64,000 bases of DNA, from positions 39,246,001 through 39,310,000 of the forward strand of contig CM126209.1 of the NCBI GenBank assembly GCA_052327205.1. The letters are read 5' to 3'. The translations under genes and the position numbers were made by a program. The notes under the pieces were generated by a model. That model saw only the letters and a list, made by a program, of their open reading frames with translations. It was not told the origin of the DNA and ran no database searches. Shown piece by piece: positions 1 through 10,600 of the stretch; the first letter of the stretch is position 1; each line of letters begins with the position of its first letter. This stretch comes from Somniosus microcephalus. Its lineage: Eukaryota.

Positions 1-1626
1 AGATATATATGCCAAGCTCAGGCTCACACTCCCTGCAGGGAAGGCTCTTTTTCAGAATACCCTGTGGAGACCCCCCCAAAAAAACTGGTGGAGTCATCCT
101 GGCTAACAATCCTGGTGGAGAATAACAGAACACCATTAGCAGAGGCCTAGGTGCAGCTCAACTACTTGAGGTCTGCTGGCTGGAGAATGATATCTGTCAT
201 AGAGGGGAAACTTTAAAAATTAAAAGGAAATATAAATTCAGAAAAACAAACCGCAAAACTGGGTAGAATAAAAACGAACTGCGACATTGTTTGGAAATTG
301 AAAACAAATGAATGCGCTCACTGGGGGAAAGGTTTACGTGTGAGCAAATAATCTGAATCCAAAATTTGAAAATTATAACCTTTCCATCCATAATACAGCA
401 GAATTTAATAAACTTCCTGTATGGCGTAGAAAGCAATGAATGACTGGGAGTAAACTACAAGACTATAATCTAAACAAGGAGCTCAGATAATGCCACAAGC
501 CTTAAAGTTGAAGCCCAAATTGTTTATAAATGTCTGTGATCCACTGGATAACGCATCAGCCTTCATTGGTAGCTGTTATTTTTAAATACATATATATACA
601 CATATATGTTAACAGATCTCCCATGGTGCTGATACAACTGAGATTAAGAGCTTACTGTATGGGGATCAGGAGTGCTAGCCCAAGTCTTACAACTCATGTG
701 ACATAGCACCCTGGTCTATCAACATACTGCACCATGGAGCCATCCTTTGAGACTCTGTTTTGTAAGAGAGCAATCGGTTTTCAATATTTCACTAATGTAC
801 TTGGTAAAATAGTGTCTTGATAACCCAGTCGCAGGACCTATCTTTTTTTATTATTAAAAAATGAGTGTTGCTTTTAACTTCATAACCACTTTTACGCAAG
901 TCCAGTCTGCATAGTATTAGATGTATTAAAACTTTCTTCTGCCTGGAATTTTCATTAAAAAAAACAAGAAATACTTTCTTCCGTGCCTGATTACACTGAA
1001 GTTTCAGAGATGAGGCACAGCATCATACCAGCAGGGTGCGCTGCATCATCACAGCCACTGCTAGTGTTTCTGTCAGATGTTTAAATAGAAATCAACTTCA
1101 GCATTTTCACAAGAGCACATGCAGCTCTTGTTTCTGATCCTCCACAGTACACGCCCATAAAAACATGTGGTCTGTCTTCTAAGTTTTCCGGTAGCATATC
1201 ATTTTAGTCATAATAATGAGATAAGAGACAATTTTAACCCCCGCCCGGCAGAAACAGTGTGAGCGGAGGGGTTAAAGTCACGTCTGTGGTCAGCCCGCGT
1301 CCCCCCCCCAACCATTTCAACTGACCTGTGTGTCAAGAGGTGTTCTCATTAAAAGGTTAAAGTCGCGCTCCGATGTAGTCATACCCACTCCCACCGCATT
1401 TTAACTCTAAATTGCGGGTGCTCCTCCCATTCTCGGACCTGCCAGCAAAACCTAGCGGGATTGGTGTTCGAGAGCTCCAGAGGCAGTATAAAAGAGGGGG
1501 GCTCTCAGCTGGATCACAAGATCTTTTGCTGTCTGGATTGTCGGGAGTGTTTCAAGCTTCCAGCCCTCTGCAACCGCCTACGACACGGCCTGTTGCTTGC
1601 TAGGCCAAGGGAGGTGTGGGGGGCAA

Positions 1627-2330
1627 GCCTTGCCAGTGGCCCTCAAAGTCACCACAGTCCTGAATATTTATGCCACTGGCTCCTTTCAGCCTGCAAGGGG
1701 GGACATCAGACGCATATCACAGTCTGAAGTTCACAGCTGCATTAAGCAAGTGACCAAAGCCCTACACCACTGAGCAGTACATCACCTTCCCCACTGACCT
1801 CAGCAGGAGAGTTCATGGCTTTGCAGCAGTTGCTGCCTTCCCTTGCATACAGGGCATGATTGACTGTATGCACATGGCCATTAGGGCACCGGAACACAAG
1901 CCAGCAACATTAGTAATGGAACAGGATATCACTTTATCAATGTACAGCTCATGGCTGATCACAGGAACAACATCATGCAGGTCTGTGCAAGGTATCCAGG
2001 GAGCTTCAAAGATGTTTTTATTCTCAGACACTCTACTATCCCCTGCTATTCGGCCTTGGGAGGAGCGCGACAGTATGGCTGCTAGGGGACAACCGATAGC
2101 CCCTGAAGAACTGGCTGATAACGCCCCGTGCAATCCCACCATACCAGAGCAGCACAGATATAATCGAAGCCAGGGCCCAACCTGGAATCTTGTAGAGCGC
2201 ACGATAGGACTGCTCAGGCTGAGGTTCAGATGTTTGGACCGCTCGGGGGTCTCCCTGCAATATGTCCCCTGATAGGCACAGCTATTATGATGTGGAATGC
2301 GCAATATTTCATTGCAGGCAGGCCTGAATT
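1627..2330 (+). pseudogene. Harbinger (HARBI1-like) DDE transposase remnant with stops and frameshifts
   Basis: Reads LPVALKVTTVLNIYATGSFQ..GDI..ISQS..H.CI.QVT.AL, then FPCIQGMIDCMHMAIRAP and YNRSQGPTWNLVERTIGLLRLRFRCLDRSG, all HARBI1-family motifs. Confidence 0.85.
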
Positions 2331-2619
2331 CGGAGGATGAAGAGCAGCAGCAGCAGTCATTATCAGATGAGGAAGACCTGGAGAAAGGAGAGGAAGCAGC
2401 AGAGGAAGGAGGGCCACATCAGCACCTTGCAGCCAGAGCTATCAGGGATCAGCACATAGCTCAGTGATTCCGCTGAGCCACGCACACCCGAGAACTTACA
2501 AAGAGCCTCTCAGATAACAGTCCGAGTCGCACTATTCACCACTCTCAGACAACTTCTATATCCATGACATTCTGACCATGCAGACACAAGAGCTGCTATT
2601 AAACCACTCTGCAGACCAA

Positions 2620-3100
2620 GGGGGAAAAATTGGGTAACGTCGCTGGGGCGCTAATTTTAGCCTCCCGAAAAAGTTAGCGCCCCCTACCCCGTAAATTCAG
2701 TAGTAGCGCCCCAAGAAGGAAGTGGAACACTACTGGAAGCACTCCACCTCCTTCTTGAGGCGCGACTACTCAATGTCGCGGCGCTATGTGCCGCCGTGTC
2801 AATGCAGGCCTCCTCCCATGATTACCGCCGCTGCAAAACCGCCCCCTGATCCTGTCGGTCCCATCGCCTTGTGATAGTTATGGGGACGCAAGGGAAGTTT
2901 GCGGCCGGGGAGAAAACGGGGTGCTGCGCACGGTGATGACATCATCATCGTCGGCGCAGCGGAGTGGGGCACTACTGGCTACTGCCGCTGCTAACCGCCA
3001 TCTTAATTTCACGGGAGGCATTAGCGGCGCCGCGCCCAAGCGCTAGGGCATTTGCCCCAGGGGGCTAACGAGAGGCTCAAAGCAACCACATTTCTCCCCC
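2620..3100. mobile_element. Non-autonomous Harbinger-type MITE (481 bp)
   Basis: Imperfect TIRs GGGGGAAAAATTGGGT / ACCACATTTCTCCCCC; flanks CAA / TAA (near 3-bp TWA TSD); CpG-rich interior. Confidence 0.7.
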
Positions 3101-3487
3101 TAAAGTCCCAAATGCAATAAAGATGATTAATTTAATGTCAAACATAATAAACGTCTTCCATTCATTTCTCACCAAGATGATCAACCCATAGTGCTTTTCT
3201 TTAAAGAAGGTTTTCTAACTCTACTACTCCTACAAGGTACTCCCCTACTGGGCTGAGCAGAACTGGTGGAAGGCTGCTGTTCCTCATGTGCAGACCCTCG
3301 ACATGCTCATAGCCAGTGACTTCTAGGTGCCCGGGCCTGTGAGGATGGCGAGTATTGTTTAAGGAGGGACAATGTGCAGACATCCTGGTAGAGCCCAGCA
3401 CATGCTGCTTGCACCACTGCCACTCCCCTGGGGCTGCAGCTCATCACATCCAGTAATCTGTGGGAAAGAAGATTGCTGAAAAGCCCC

Positions 3488-3714
3488 TGACGTAATAAAA
3501 CTCACTACGCACTTGGTTTGAGCATAAAGCAAGGCTTTAATCAACTTGTTTCAGAACATGGAGGTCTAGTTGTACTTCACTAGTTCCTTGTCTTACAAAA
3601 TGTCCCTGGAAAGCTGGGGCCGATGCCCGAGTATTTATACTCCTTGGACGGCGCCACCAGCTGGCCGTCCAGTGTTATTTCACAAGTAGTTTCTTGATGA
3701 TGAGATTTATAACA
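3488..3714 (-). mobile_element. Solo LTR (227 bp) of a Gypsy-like element
   Basis: TG...CA ends, perfect 5-bp TSD GCCCC (3483-3487, 3715-3719), TATAAATA then ATTAAA on the minus strand; size and layout resemble the LTRs at 7349 and 11574. Confidence 0.8.
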
Positions 3715-4221
3715 GCCCCTATCCATTCTATCCACTGTGATCTATATTGTGGAGCCCAGAATCTGCATGGCAGTCGTTTGAGCTCCCACCATAGCTGCAA
3801 ATTGTGCTAGTGTGGACTCCTACTGTGAGGGCTCCTGTATCGCACCCCTGGAGGATACCACACTATCCAGGGTAGACTGCAGAGTGGAGATGCCAGGCGA
3901 GATTACATCACAGTGGTTGGGTACAGACTCCTTTACACTCTCATAGTGATGAAACGCCTTGCATCCGTTTCAATACCTCATAGAGCTATCTGTGTAAGGC
4001 CAGCCGTTTTCCTCTTGTGGCTGGGCCCTGTGCTGTTTCTGCCACCAGTTGCTGCTGCTGCCCACTGGACCGCTCAAGCTCATGACATAGCCTCCACAGA
4101 GTGCCAGTGTCTGAGCTGGTGCCTGGGAGGGTTGGATCATCTGATGCTTCATCCTCTGGGGAAGTGTCCCCCTCCGAGGTCTGTTCTTCTATGGGAGACT
4201 CAGGGTTGAGAAGGCCCTAAG

Positions 4222-4542
4222 GAAAGAAAGACTTGCATTTATATAGCGCCTTTCATGACCACCGGACGTCTCAAAGCGCTTTACAGCCAACGAAGTACTT
4301 TTGAAGTGGAGTCACTGTTGTAATGTGGGAAACGCGGCAGCCAATTTGCGCACAGCAAGGTCCCACAAACAGCAATGTGATAATGACCAGATAATCTGTT
4401 TTTGTTATGTTGATTGAGTGATAAATATTGGCCAGGACACTGGGGATAACTCCCCCTGCTGTTCTTCGAAATAGTGCCATGGGATTTTTTACGTCCACCT
4501 GAAAGAACAGACGGGGCCTCAGTTTAACGTCTCGTCCAAAAG
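4222..4542 (-). mobile_element. 5'-truncated tRNA-derived DeuSINE (SacSINE1-like)
   Basis: Homologous to the full copy at 17232-17672; L2-type 3' tail GCGCTATATAAATGCAAGTCTTTC on the minus strand. Confidence 0.8.
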
Positions 4543-4710
4543 AAGGAGAAAATGAAGAAGTGTTAGAGAGAAGAAGTTGCACATGATCAGGTAACAGTCT
4601 AGAGAATTCAGGTTGATGTTGCTAAGCTTGCTGTATCTGCGCTGAGTATAATGAAGGAATACAGCCTCTCCTGGCCCAATTCTCATGACCCTGCCTGGGC
4701 CAAAGATCTT

Positions 4711-5533
4711 GAGGGGATGAGGGGGTGGTCATATGAGGAGAGGTTGAGTAGATTGGGACTCTACTCATTGGAGTTCAGAAGAATGAGAGGCGATCTTATT
4801 GAAACATATAAGATTGTGAAGGGGCTTGATCAGGTGGATGCGGTGAGGATGTTCCCAATGATGGGTGAAACTAGAACTAGGGGGCATAATCTTAAAATAA
4901 GGGGCTGCTCTTTCAAAACTGAGATGAGGAGAAACTTCTTCACTCAGAGGGTGGTAGGTTTGTGGAATTTGCTGCCCCAGAAAGCTGTGGAAGCTACATC
5001 ATTAAATAAATTTAAAACAGAAATAGATAGTTTCCTAGAAGTAAAGGGAATTAAGGGTTACGGGGAGTGGGCAGGAAATTGGACATGAGTCTAGGTTCGG
5101 AATGGTCATGGCCCTGTGGGTAGTGGAGTGGGCCCGGGGCCGTGTAGCCTGGTTCTGCTCCTACTGTGTTCTAATTCTGTGTTAGATTTCAGGAGATGGT
5201 TTTATTCCTGTTCCTGGCTGGGGTGGAGATCGCCTTTACAGAAGGTAAGTACTGTAGAAAATATAGGGACAGAGTGATCTCCTGGAAGAATTTCGATCGC
5301 CTAGATGGGTCGGAGAGGAATTTCCCAGATTTTTTTCTCCCAAATTGGCCATTGGGTCTTTATCTGGTTTTTCGCCTCTCCCGGGAGATCACATGGGTTC
5401 GGGTGGATGCACAGTGATAGAAGATTTGAGGTTAGGATCAGATCAGCCATGATCTTATTGAATGGTGGAGCAGGCTCGAGGGGCCGATTGGCCTACTCCT
5501 GCTCCTATTTCTTATGTTCTTATGTTCTTATGT
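4711..5533 (+). mobile_element. CR1 LINE 3' end (ORF2 C-terminus, 3' UTR, (TTATGTTC)n tail)
   Basis: ORF 4651-5088 contains SYEERLSRLGLYSLEFRRMRGDLIETYKI...RTRGH...FFTQRVV..WN.LP, the CR1 ORF2 C-terminus; tandem tail ends at ~5533. Confidence 0.9.
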
Positions 5534-5539
5534 AGGGCT

Positions 5540-6270
5540 TCTTGCTCTGCGTGATGAGTGCAATGATGTTGGGCACTCCTCCACCTTTCCTGTTCCTCTC
5601 CTGGCATTATGTGCTGCCTTGCCCTGCAGAAAGAGAGGGCGAGAGCGAGTGTGCTTTAAAAAGGTGAGTGGACATGTGTGGGGCTTGTACGTAAAGTGGA
5701 TGTGTTGAGAGATGTAGAAGAAACAAGGTGGAATGAGGATGGGGAGGTGTTTAACGTAAAGGAAAGTGTGCATGATGTGAAGTGAGGAAGGAATGGTGGA
5801 AGTAGTTGGTGGTTCTGCAAGTGATGGTATGTGAGAAGAAAATGGTGTTACCGTGTGGTGTGAAGAGAGGAAAGGAGATGAGTGTGTTTGGAATGAGCAA
5901 GAAAGGTGCCTTAGTGTGCCCTTGTGATTGTATAGTGAAGGATATGATGGAGGGAAGATAATAGTTGAGAGTGATGGGGGAAGGGGTAAGAGGTGTGTTG
6001 TCAGGTGGTATTGAGAGAGGTGTAGAGGTGAAGAGATGTACTCATGCTTGCTACTTTTGTGAAGTCATTGAACCTCTTCCTACACTGAACCCTGGTCCTG
6101 GGGGTGATGTTGCTGGCACTGACTCTCTCAGCCTCCTCTGTCCAGGTCTGCTTGACAGTGGTCTTGGAGACGCTCCTGTGGGTGCTGGGAAAGAGTACCT
6201 CCCTCCTGGGCCTCACATCCTCCACTAGGACCTCCATGGATGCATCAGGAAAGTGGGGGTAGCCCTTCGA
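5540..6270 (-). pseudogene. Harbinger Myb/SANT-like DNA-binding gene remnant (at least 2 exons)
   Basis: FPDASMEVLVEDVRPRREVLFP...W...A..VS......RT..QCRKRFND (6001-6260); next exon follows an acceptor CTTTCTGCAG near 5624 and reads KAAHNAR.. Confidence 0.8.
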
Positions 6271-6435
6271 CTCATCTCTGTAGCCAACAAGGTTTTAAGA
6301 GTTGTGTGAAAAATGCAAGCAAGATGCAATGTCGATTACCTTCACGAAAGAAAGTCTTGTCTCACCAACTGAATTACATTTTTTGAGGAGGTTATGAAGT
6401 TGGTAGTTGACGGAAGCCTTGTTAATATTTTGTAT

Positions 6436-6735
6436 TGTGGCAGAACGACTGAATGACTCTGGCTAACTGTATATAATTCTCTTTAACGATGTTCTAACAC
6501 CAGCCTAAACCTGTACCATTGTGTTAGGCATTACTGTGTTTTGTATATAGAGTTTGCATGTACGGGGCATGGCCCCTTTAAGAGCGCGGGAAAACGCGGG
6601 TAAACGCGATGACGTCACGTCGCAAACCACAGGGCTGCCCAAGCAGTCCTCGTGGCATCTCCGTTGAGTAAAGACCTGTTTAATTGTTCTCTTGCGTCGA
6701 TCCCCGTTATTCGTAGGAATTCGTAAATTACTACA
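6436..6735 (+). repeat. 5' LTR of outer Gypsy element
   Basis: Matches 15080-15379 with about 14 substitutions in 300 bp. Confidence 0.95.
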
Positions 6736-6736
6736 T

Positions 6737-6747
6737 TGGTGACCCCG
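6737..6747 (+). promoter_or_regulatory. Primer-binding site complementary to tRNA-Trp 3' end
   Basis: TGGTGACCCCG, 1 nt after the LTR; reverse complement of tRNA-Trp ...CGGGGUCACCA. Confidence 0.9.
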
Positions 6748-6782
6748 TTTTTGTGAATGTTTTCACAAAAGAAGAGCACAGC

Positions 6783-7348
6783 ATGGAAGCAAACGCCGTT
6801 TCACTAAAGCTACCGCAGTTCTGGGAGCAGCAAGCGCCCTCGTGGTTTATTCAGGTCGAGGCCCAGTTCGCCCTGAGGAACATCGATGCGGATCAGACCA
6901 AGTACCTTTATGTGGTCTCCACACTCGACAGCTCTACCGCCTCTCGGATCGTCAGCCTCCTCGAAAACCCCCCAACGGAGCGCAAGTATGAAACCCTCAA
7001 AGCGCGGTTACTGCAGGTTTTCGGGCTCACAAAATCGGAGCGCGCCCGTCGATTACTCGCTATGCCCGGGCTCGGGGACTCCAAGCCTTCAGAGTTGATG
7101 AGCCAAATGCTCACACTCCTGGGCTCAGAATGGGAATGTTTCCTATTACGTGAGATTTTCCTCAGCCAACTGCCTGAACAGGTACAAGCTGCCCTGGCCA
7201 GTTCTGAAATCGAAGACTGCGCAACACTCGCTGCGGAGGCTGACAAAATTTTCACTGTAACTCGGCAGTACTGCGCTGCCACAAGGCACCCATCCCCTGC
7301 AGACGCTGCCCCAGCTCGTCAGCCTGCTGGGCTGTGTTTCTACCATGC
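6783..7348 (+). pseudogene. Gag of outer element, N-terminal part, cut by the nested insertion
   Basis: AVSLKLPQFW....WF.QVEAQF.LR...LGDSKPSELM, ending in CFYHA. Confidence 0.9.
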
Positions 7349-7583
7349 TGATGCGCCATCAATTACTCAAAAGACTGAGGTTAAGCGAATAACAACCAAG
7401 CTTTTATTAACTAAAGAATGAAGGTCTAGTCTCGAGTGGTCGACCCGTCCAGAATACTAAGGGACTGGGAGGTAGTCACTTATATACCTGGAATAGTGGG
7501 AGGAGTCAGCCGAGGCATGTCCAGACCTGTACCTAGTGGAATACACATACACATACAGACAGGTATAACAGTGGTTTACCACA
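7349..7583 (-). repeat. 3' LTR of inner element
   Basis: TGTGGTAAAC...GATGGCGCATCA on the minus strand, preceded by the PPT (7584-7597). Confidence 0.95.
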
Positions 7584-7634
7584 TTCACCCCTTGTTTAAA
7601 AATGAGTCCGGCGGGGTGAAGTGTATTTAAAAGT

Positions 7635-10600
7635 TCATGTATTGGAGTCTCTCCGGAGGTCTTGTCTGCCGCTGTGATCGACGTGGCGACGGCAGGGGTG
7701 GTGGAGCTTCCGGCGTCGCGTCCCGTGTAGGCTGGGGCACTGGAGTGTAGTCCTCGTGGGTGACGGTCCAAGGCGAGCCGGCTGCTGGGGTTGGATATCG
7801 GGTCGTGGGGGGGGTGGTAATGGGTAGTGGGTTACAGCGGTCCCCGAGGGTGTCGTGGGGGGCGGTGGTAATGGGTAGTGGGTTACAGCGGTCCCCGAGG
7901 GTGCGAGGTCTCGTATGGAGACTGTGTCCTCCCGCCCGTCCGGGTACGCAATGTAAGCGTACTGGGGGTTGGCGTGGAGGAGGTCAACCCTCTCGACCAG
8001 GGGGTCCATTTTATTGGTCCTCACGTGTCTTCTCAGTAGTACCGGCCCTGGGGACGTCAGCCATGGCGGTAACGCTGTCCCCAATGTGGACTTCCTTGGG
8101 AAGACAAACATTTTCTCGTGAGGGGTGGCATTGTTGGCAGTGCAGAGCAGTGACCGAATCGAGTGGAGCGCATCGGGGAGCACCTCCTGCCAGCGGGAGG
8201 TCGGAAGGCCCCTAGACTTTAAGGCTAGTAGGGCGGCCTTCCAAACTGTTGCATTCTCTCTTTCCACCTGTCCGTTCCCCCGGGGGTTGTAACTGGTGGT
8301 CCTGCTTGTGGCTATACCCCTAGCGAGCAGGTACTGGCGGAGTTCGTCGCTCATAAACGATGAGCCCCGGTTGCTATGGATATAGCTGGGGAAACCGAAC
8401 AGGGTGAAGAGGCTGTTCAGACATTTAATGACCGTGGCACTGGTCATGTCCGGGCAGGGGATAGCGAACAGGAAACGGGAGTACTTGTCAATGATGTTGA
8501 GGAAGTACACATTGCGGTCGGAGGAGGGGAGAGGCCCTTTAAAATCGACGCTCAGGCGTTCGAAAGGACGAGTGGCTTTTATCAGGTGGGCTCTGTCTGG
8601 TCTATAAAAGTGCGGTTTGCACTCAGCGCAGTCTTGGCAGTTCTTGGTCATGGTCCTGACCTCCTCAATGGAGTAAGGCAGGTTGCGGGCCTTGATGAAG
8701 TGGAAGAACCTGGTGACCCCCGGGTGGCAGAGGTCATTGTGGAGGGCCCTCAGCCTATCGATCTGCGCGCTGGCGCAGGTGCCACGCGATAGGGCATCTG
8801 GGGGTTCATTGAGCTTCCCAGGCCGGTACAAGATCTCGTAATTGTAGGTGGAAAGTTCGATTCTCCACCTCAAGATCTTGTCATTTTTGATTTTGCCCCT
8901 CTGCTTGTTGTTGAACATAAAAGCAACTGAACGCTGGTCAGTGAGCAGGGTAAATCGTTTTCCGGCCAGGTAGTGCCTCCAATGACGCACAGCCTCCACA
9001 ATAGCCTGGGCCTCCTTCTCGACCGCAGAGTATCTGGTCTCCGGGCCCTGGAGGGTTCGTGAGAAGAATGCCACAGGTCTCCCCGCCTGATTAAGGGTGG
9101 CGGCCAGAGCGAAGTCGGACGCATCGCTTTCCACCTGGAAGGGGATGGATTCGTCCACTGCGTGCATGGTGGCTTTGGCAATGTCCTCCTTGATACGGTG
9201 GAAGGCCGAGCGGGCCTCTGCCATCAGGGGAAAAGAGGTGGATTTGATCAGCGGACGGGCTTTGTCTGCATAGTAGGGGACCCACTGGGCGTAGTAGGAA
9301 AAAAACCCTAGGCACCTCTTCAGAGCTTTTAGGCAGTGGGGCAGTGGGAGTTCCATAAGGGGACGCATCCGGTCCGGGTCGGGACCGATGACCCCGTGTT
9401 CCACAACACAGCCAAGGATGGCGAGGCGGTCTGTGCGGAATATGCACTTCTCCTTGTTATATGTCAGGTTCAGGAGTTGGGCGGTGCGGAGGAATTTCTC
9501 GAGGTTTGTGTCATGGTCCTGCAAGTCATGGCCGCAGATGGTCACATTGTCTAGGTAAGGGAAAGTGGCCTGCAGCGCGTTTTGATCGACCATCCGGTCC
9601 ATCTCCCTTTGGAAGACGGAGACCCCGTTGGTAACGCCAAAGGGAACCCTAAGGAAGTGATAGATGCGGCCGTTTGCCTCAAAAGCAGTATACTGGCGGT
9701 CTTCGGGGCGGATGGGGAGCTGGTGGTACGCTGATTTCAGGTCAATGGTCGAAAAGACGCGGTACTGCGCGATCTGGTTGGCCATGTCAGCTATGCGGGG
9801 GAGTGGGTAGGCGTCCAGCAGGGTGTAGCGGTTTATTGTTTGGCTGTAGTCGATGAGCAGGCGTTGTTTCTCGCCGGTCTTAACGACCACAACCTGGGCT
9901 CGCCAGGGGCTGGAGCTGCCCTCAATAATCCCCTCCTTCAGGAGCCGCTCCACTTCGGTTTTGATGAAAACCCTGTCCCTGGCACTGTATCGCCTGCTCT
10001 TTGTGGCGATGGGCTTACAGTCGGGGGTGAGGTTAGCAAACAGTGGGGGGGGTGGGACTCTGAGTGTGGAGAGGTTGCATCTGGTGCGCGGTGGGCAATT
10101 TGGAGGCTGCTGGCTGCAGACTGTGAGTGGGGGGAGGGGGCCACCGTACGCCATCTTAACGCTTTTGAGGTGGCACTGGAAATGCAACCCCAGTAGAACG
10201 GCAGCGCAAAGTTGGGGCAGGACCAGGAGTTTACAATTATTGAACACAGTCCCGTCTACTACTAGTGTCACCACGCAGTAGCCGCCAATGTCCGCTGACT
10301 GGGACTCGGCGGCCATAGAAATCCGCTGGTGCGCAGGCAGGACTGGGAGAGAGCAACGCCGCACCGTGTCGGGGTGGATGAAGCTCTCTGTGCTCCCGGA
10401 GTCAAAAAGGCAGTTTATTGCATGGCCGTTTACCTTAACGTCCATTTTGGACCGAGCTAGTTGGTGCGGTCTCGTTTGGTCCAGCATAACAGAGGCCAGC
10501 GTAGGGGTCGGTGTGTCGCTGCGGGTATCAGATGGGCAGGGGTTGGCGGCCTGCTGCGTCCCGGCTGGTGTCCAAGATGGCGGCGTCCATGATTCCCATG

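Larger units (their letters stand above)
1226..6330. mobile_element. Decayed autonomous PIF/Harbinger DNA transposon (transposase on +, Myb/SANT-like gene on -, convergent), interrupted by younger insertions; ends approximate
   Basis: Transposase remnants at ~1627-2330 and Myb/SANT remnants at ~5540-6270 in the convergent two-gene layout typical of Harbingers; intact TIR pair not found. Confidence 0.75.

Noticed and set aside
1-1200. 3' exons of ACADSB, expected upstream by synteny
   Set aside because: No acyl-CoA dehydrogenase sequence recognised by eye
1856-2272. Host HARBI1 gene
   Set aside because: Multiple stops and frameshifts, and paired with a Myb-like remnant as in a transposon
6753-7421. 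222-aa ORF as a standalone or domesticated Gag gene
   Set aside because: It is the outer gag truncated at 7348 and reading into the antisense LTR of the nested element
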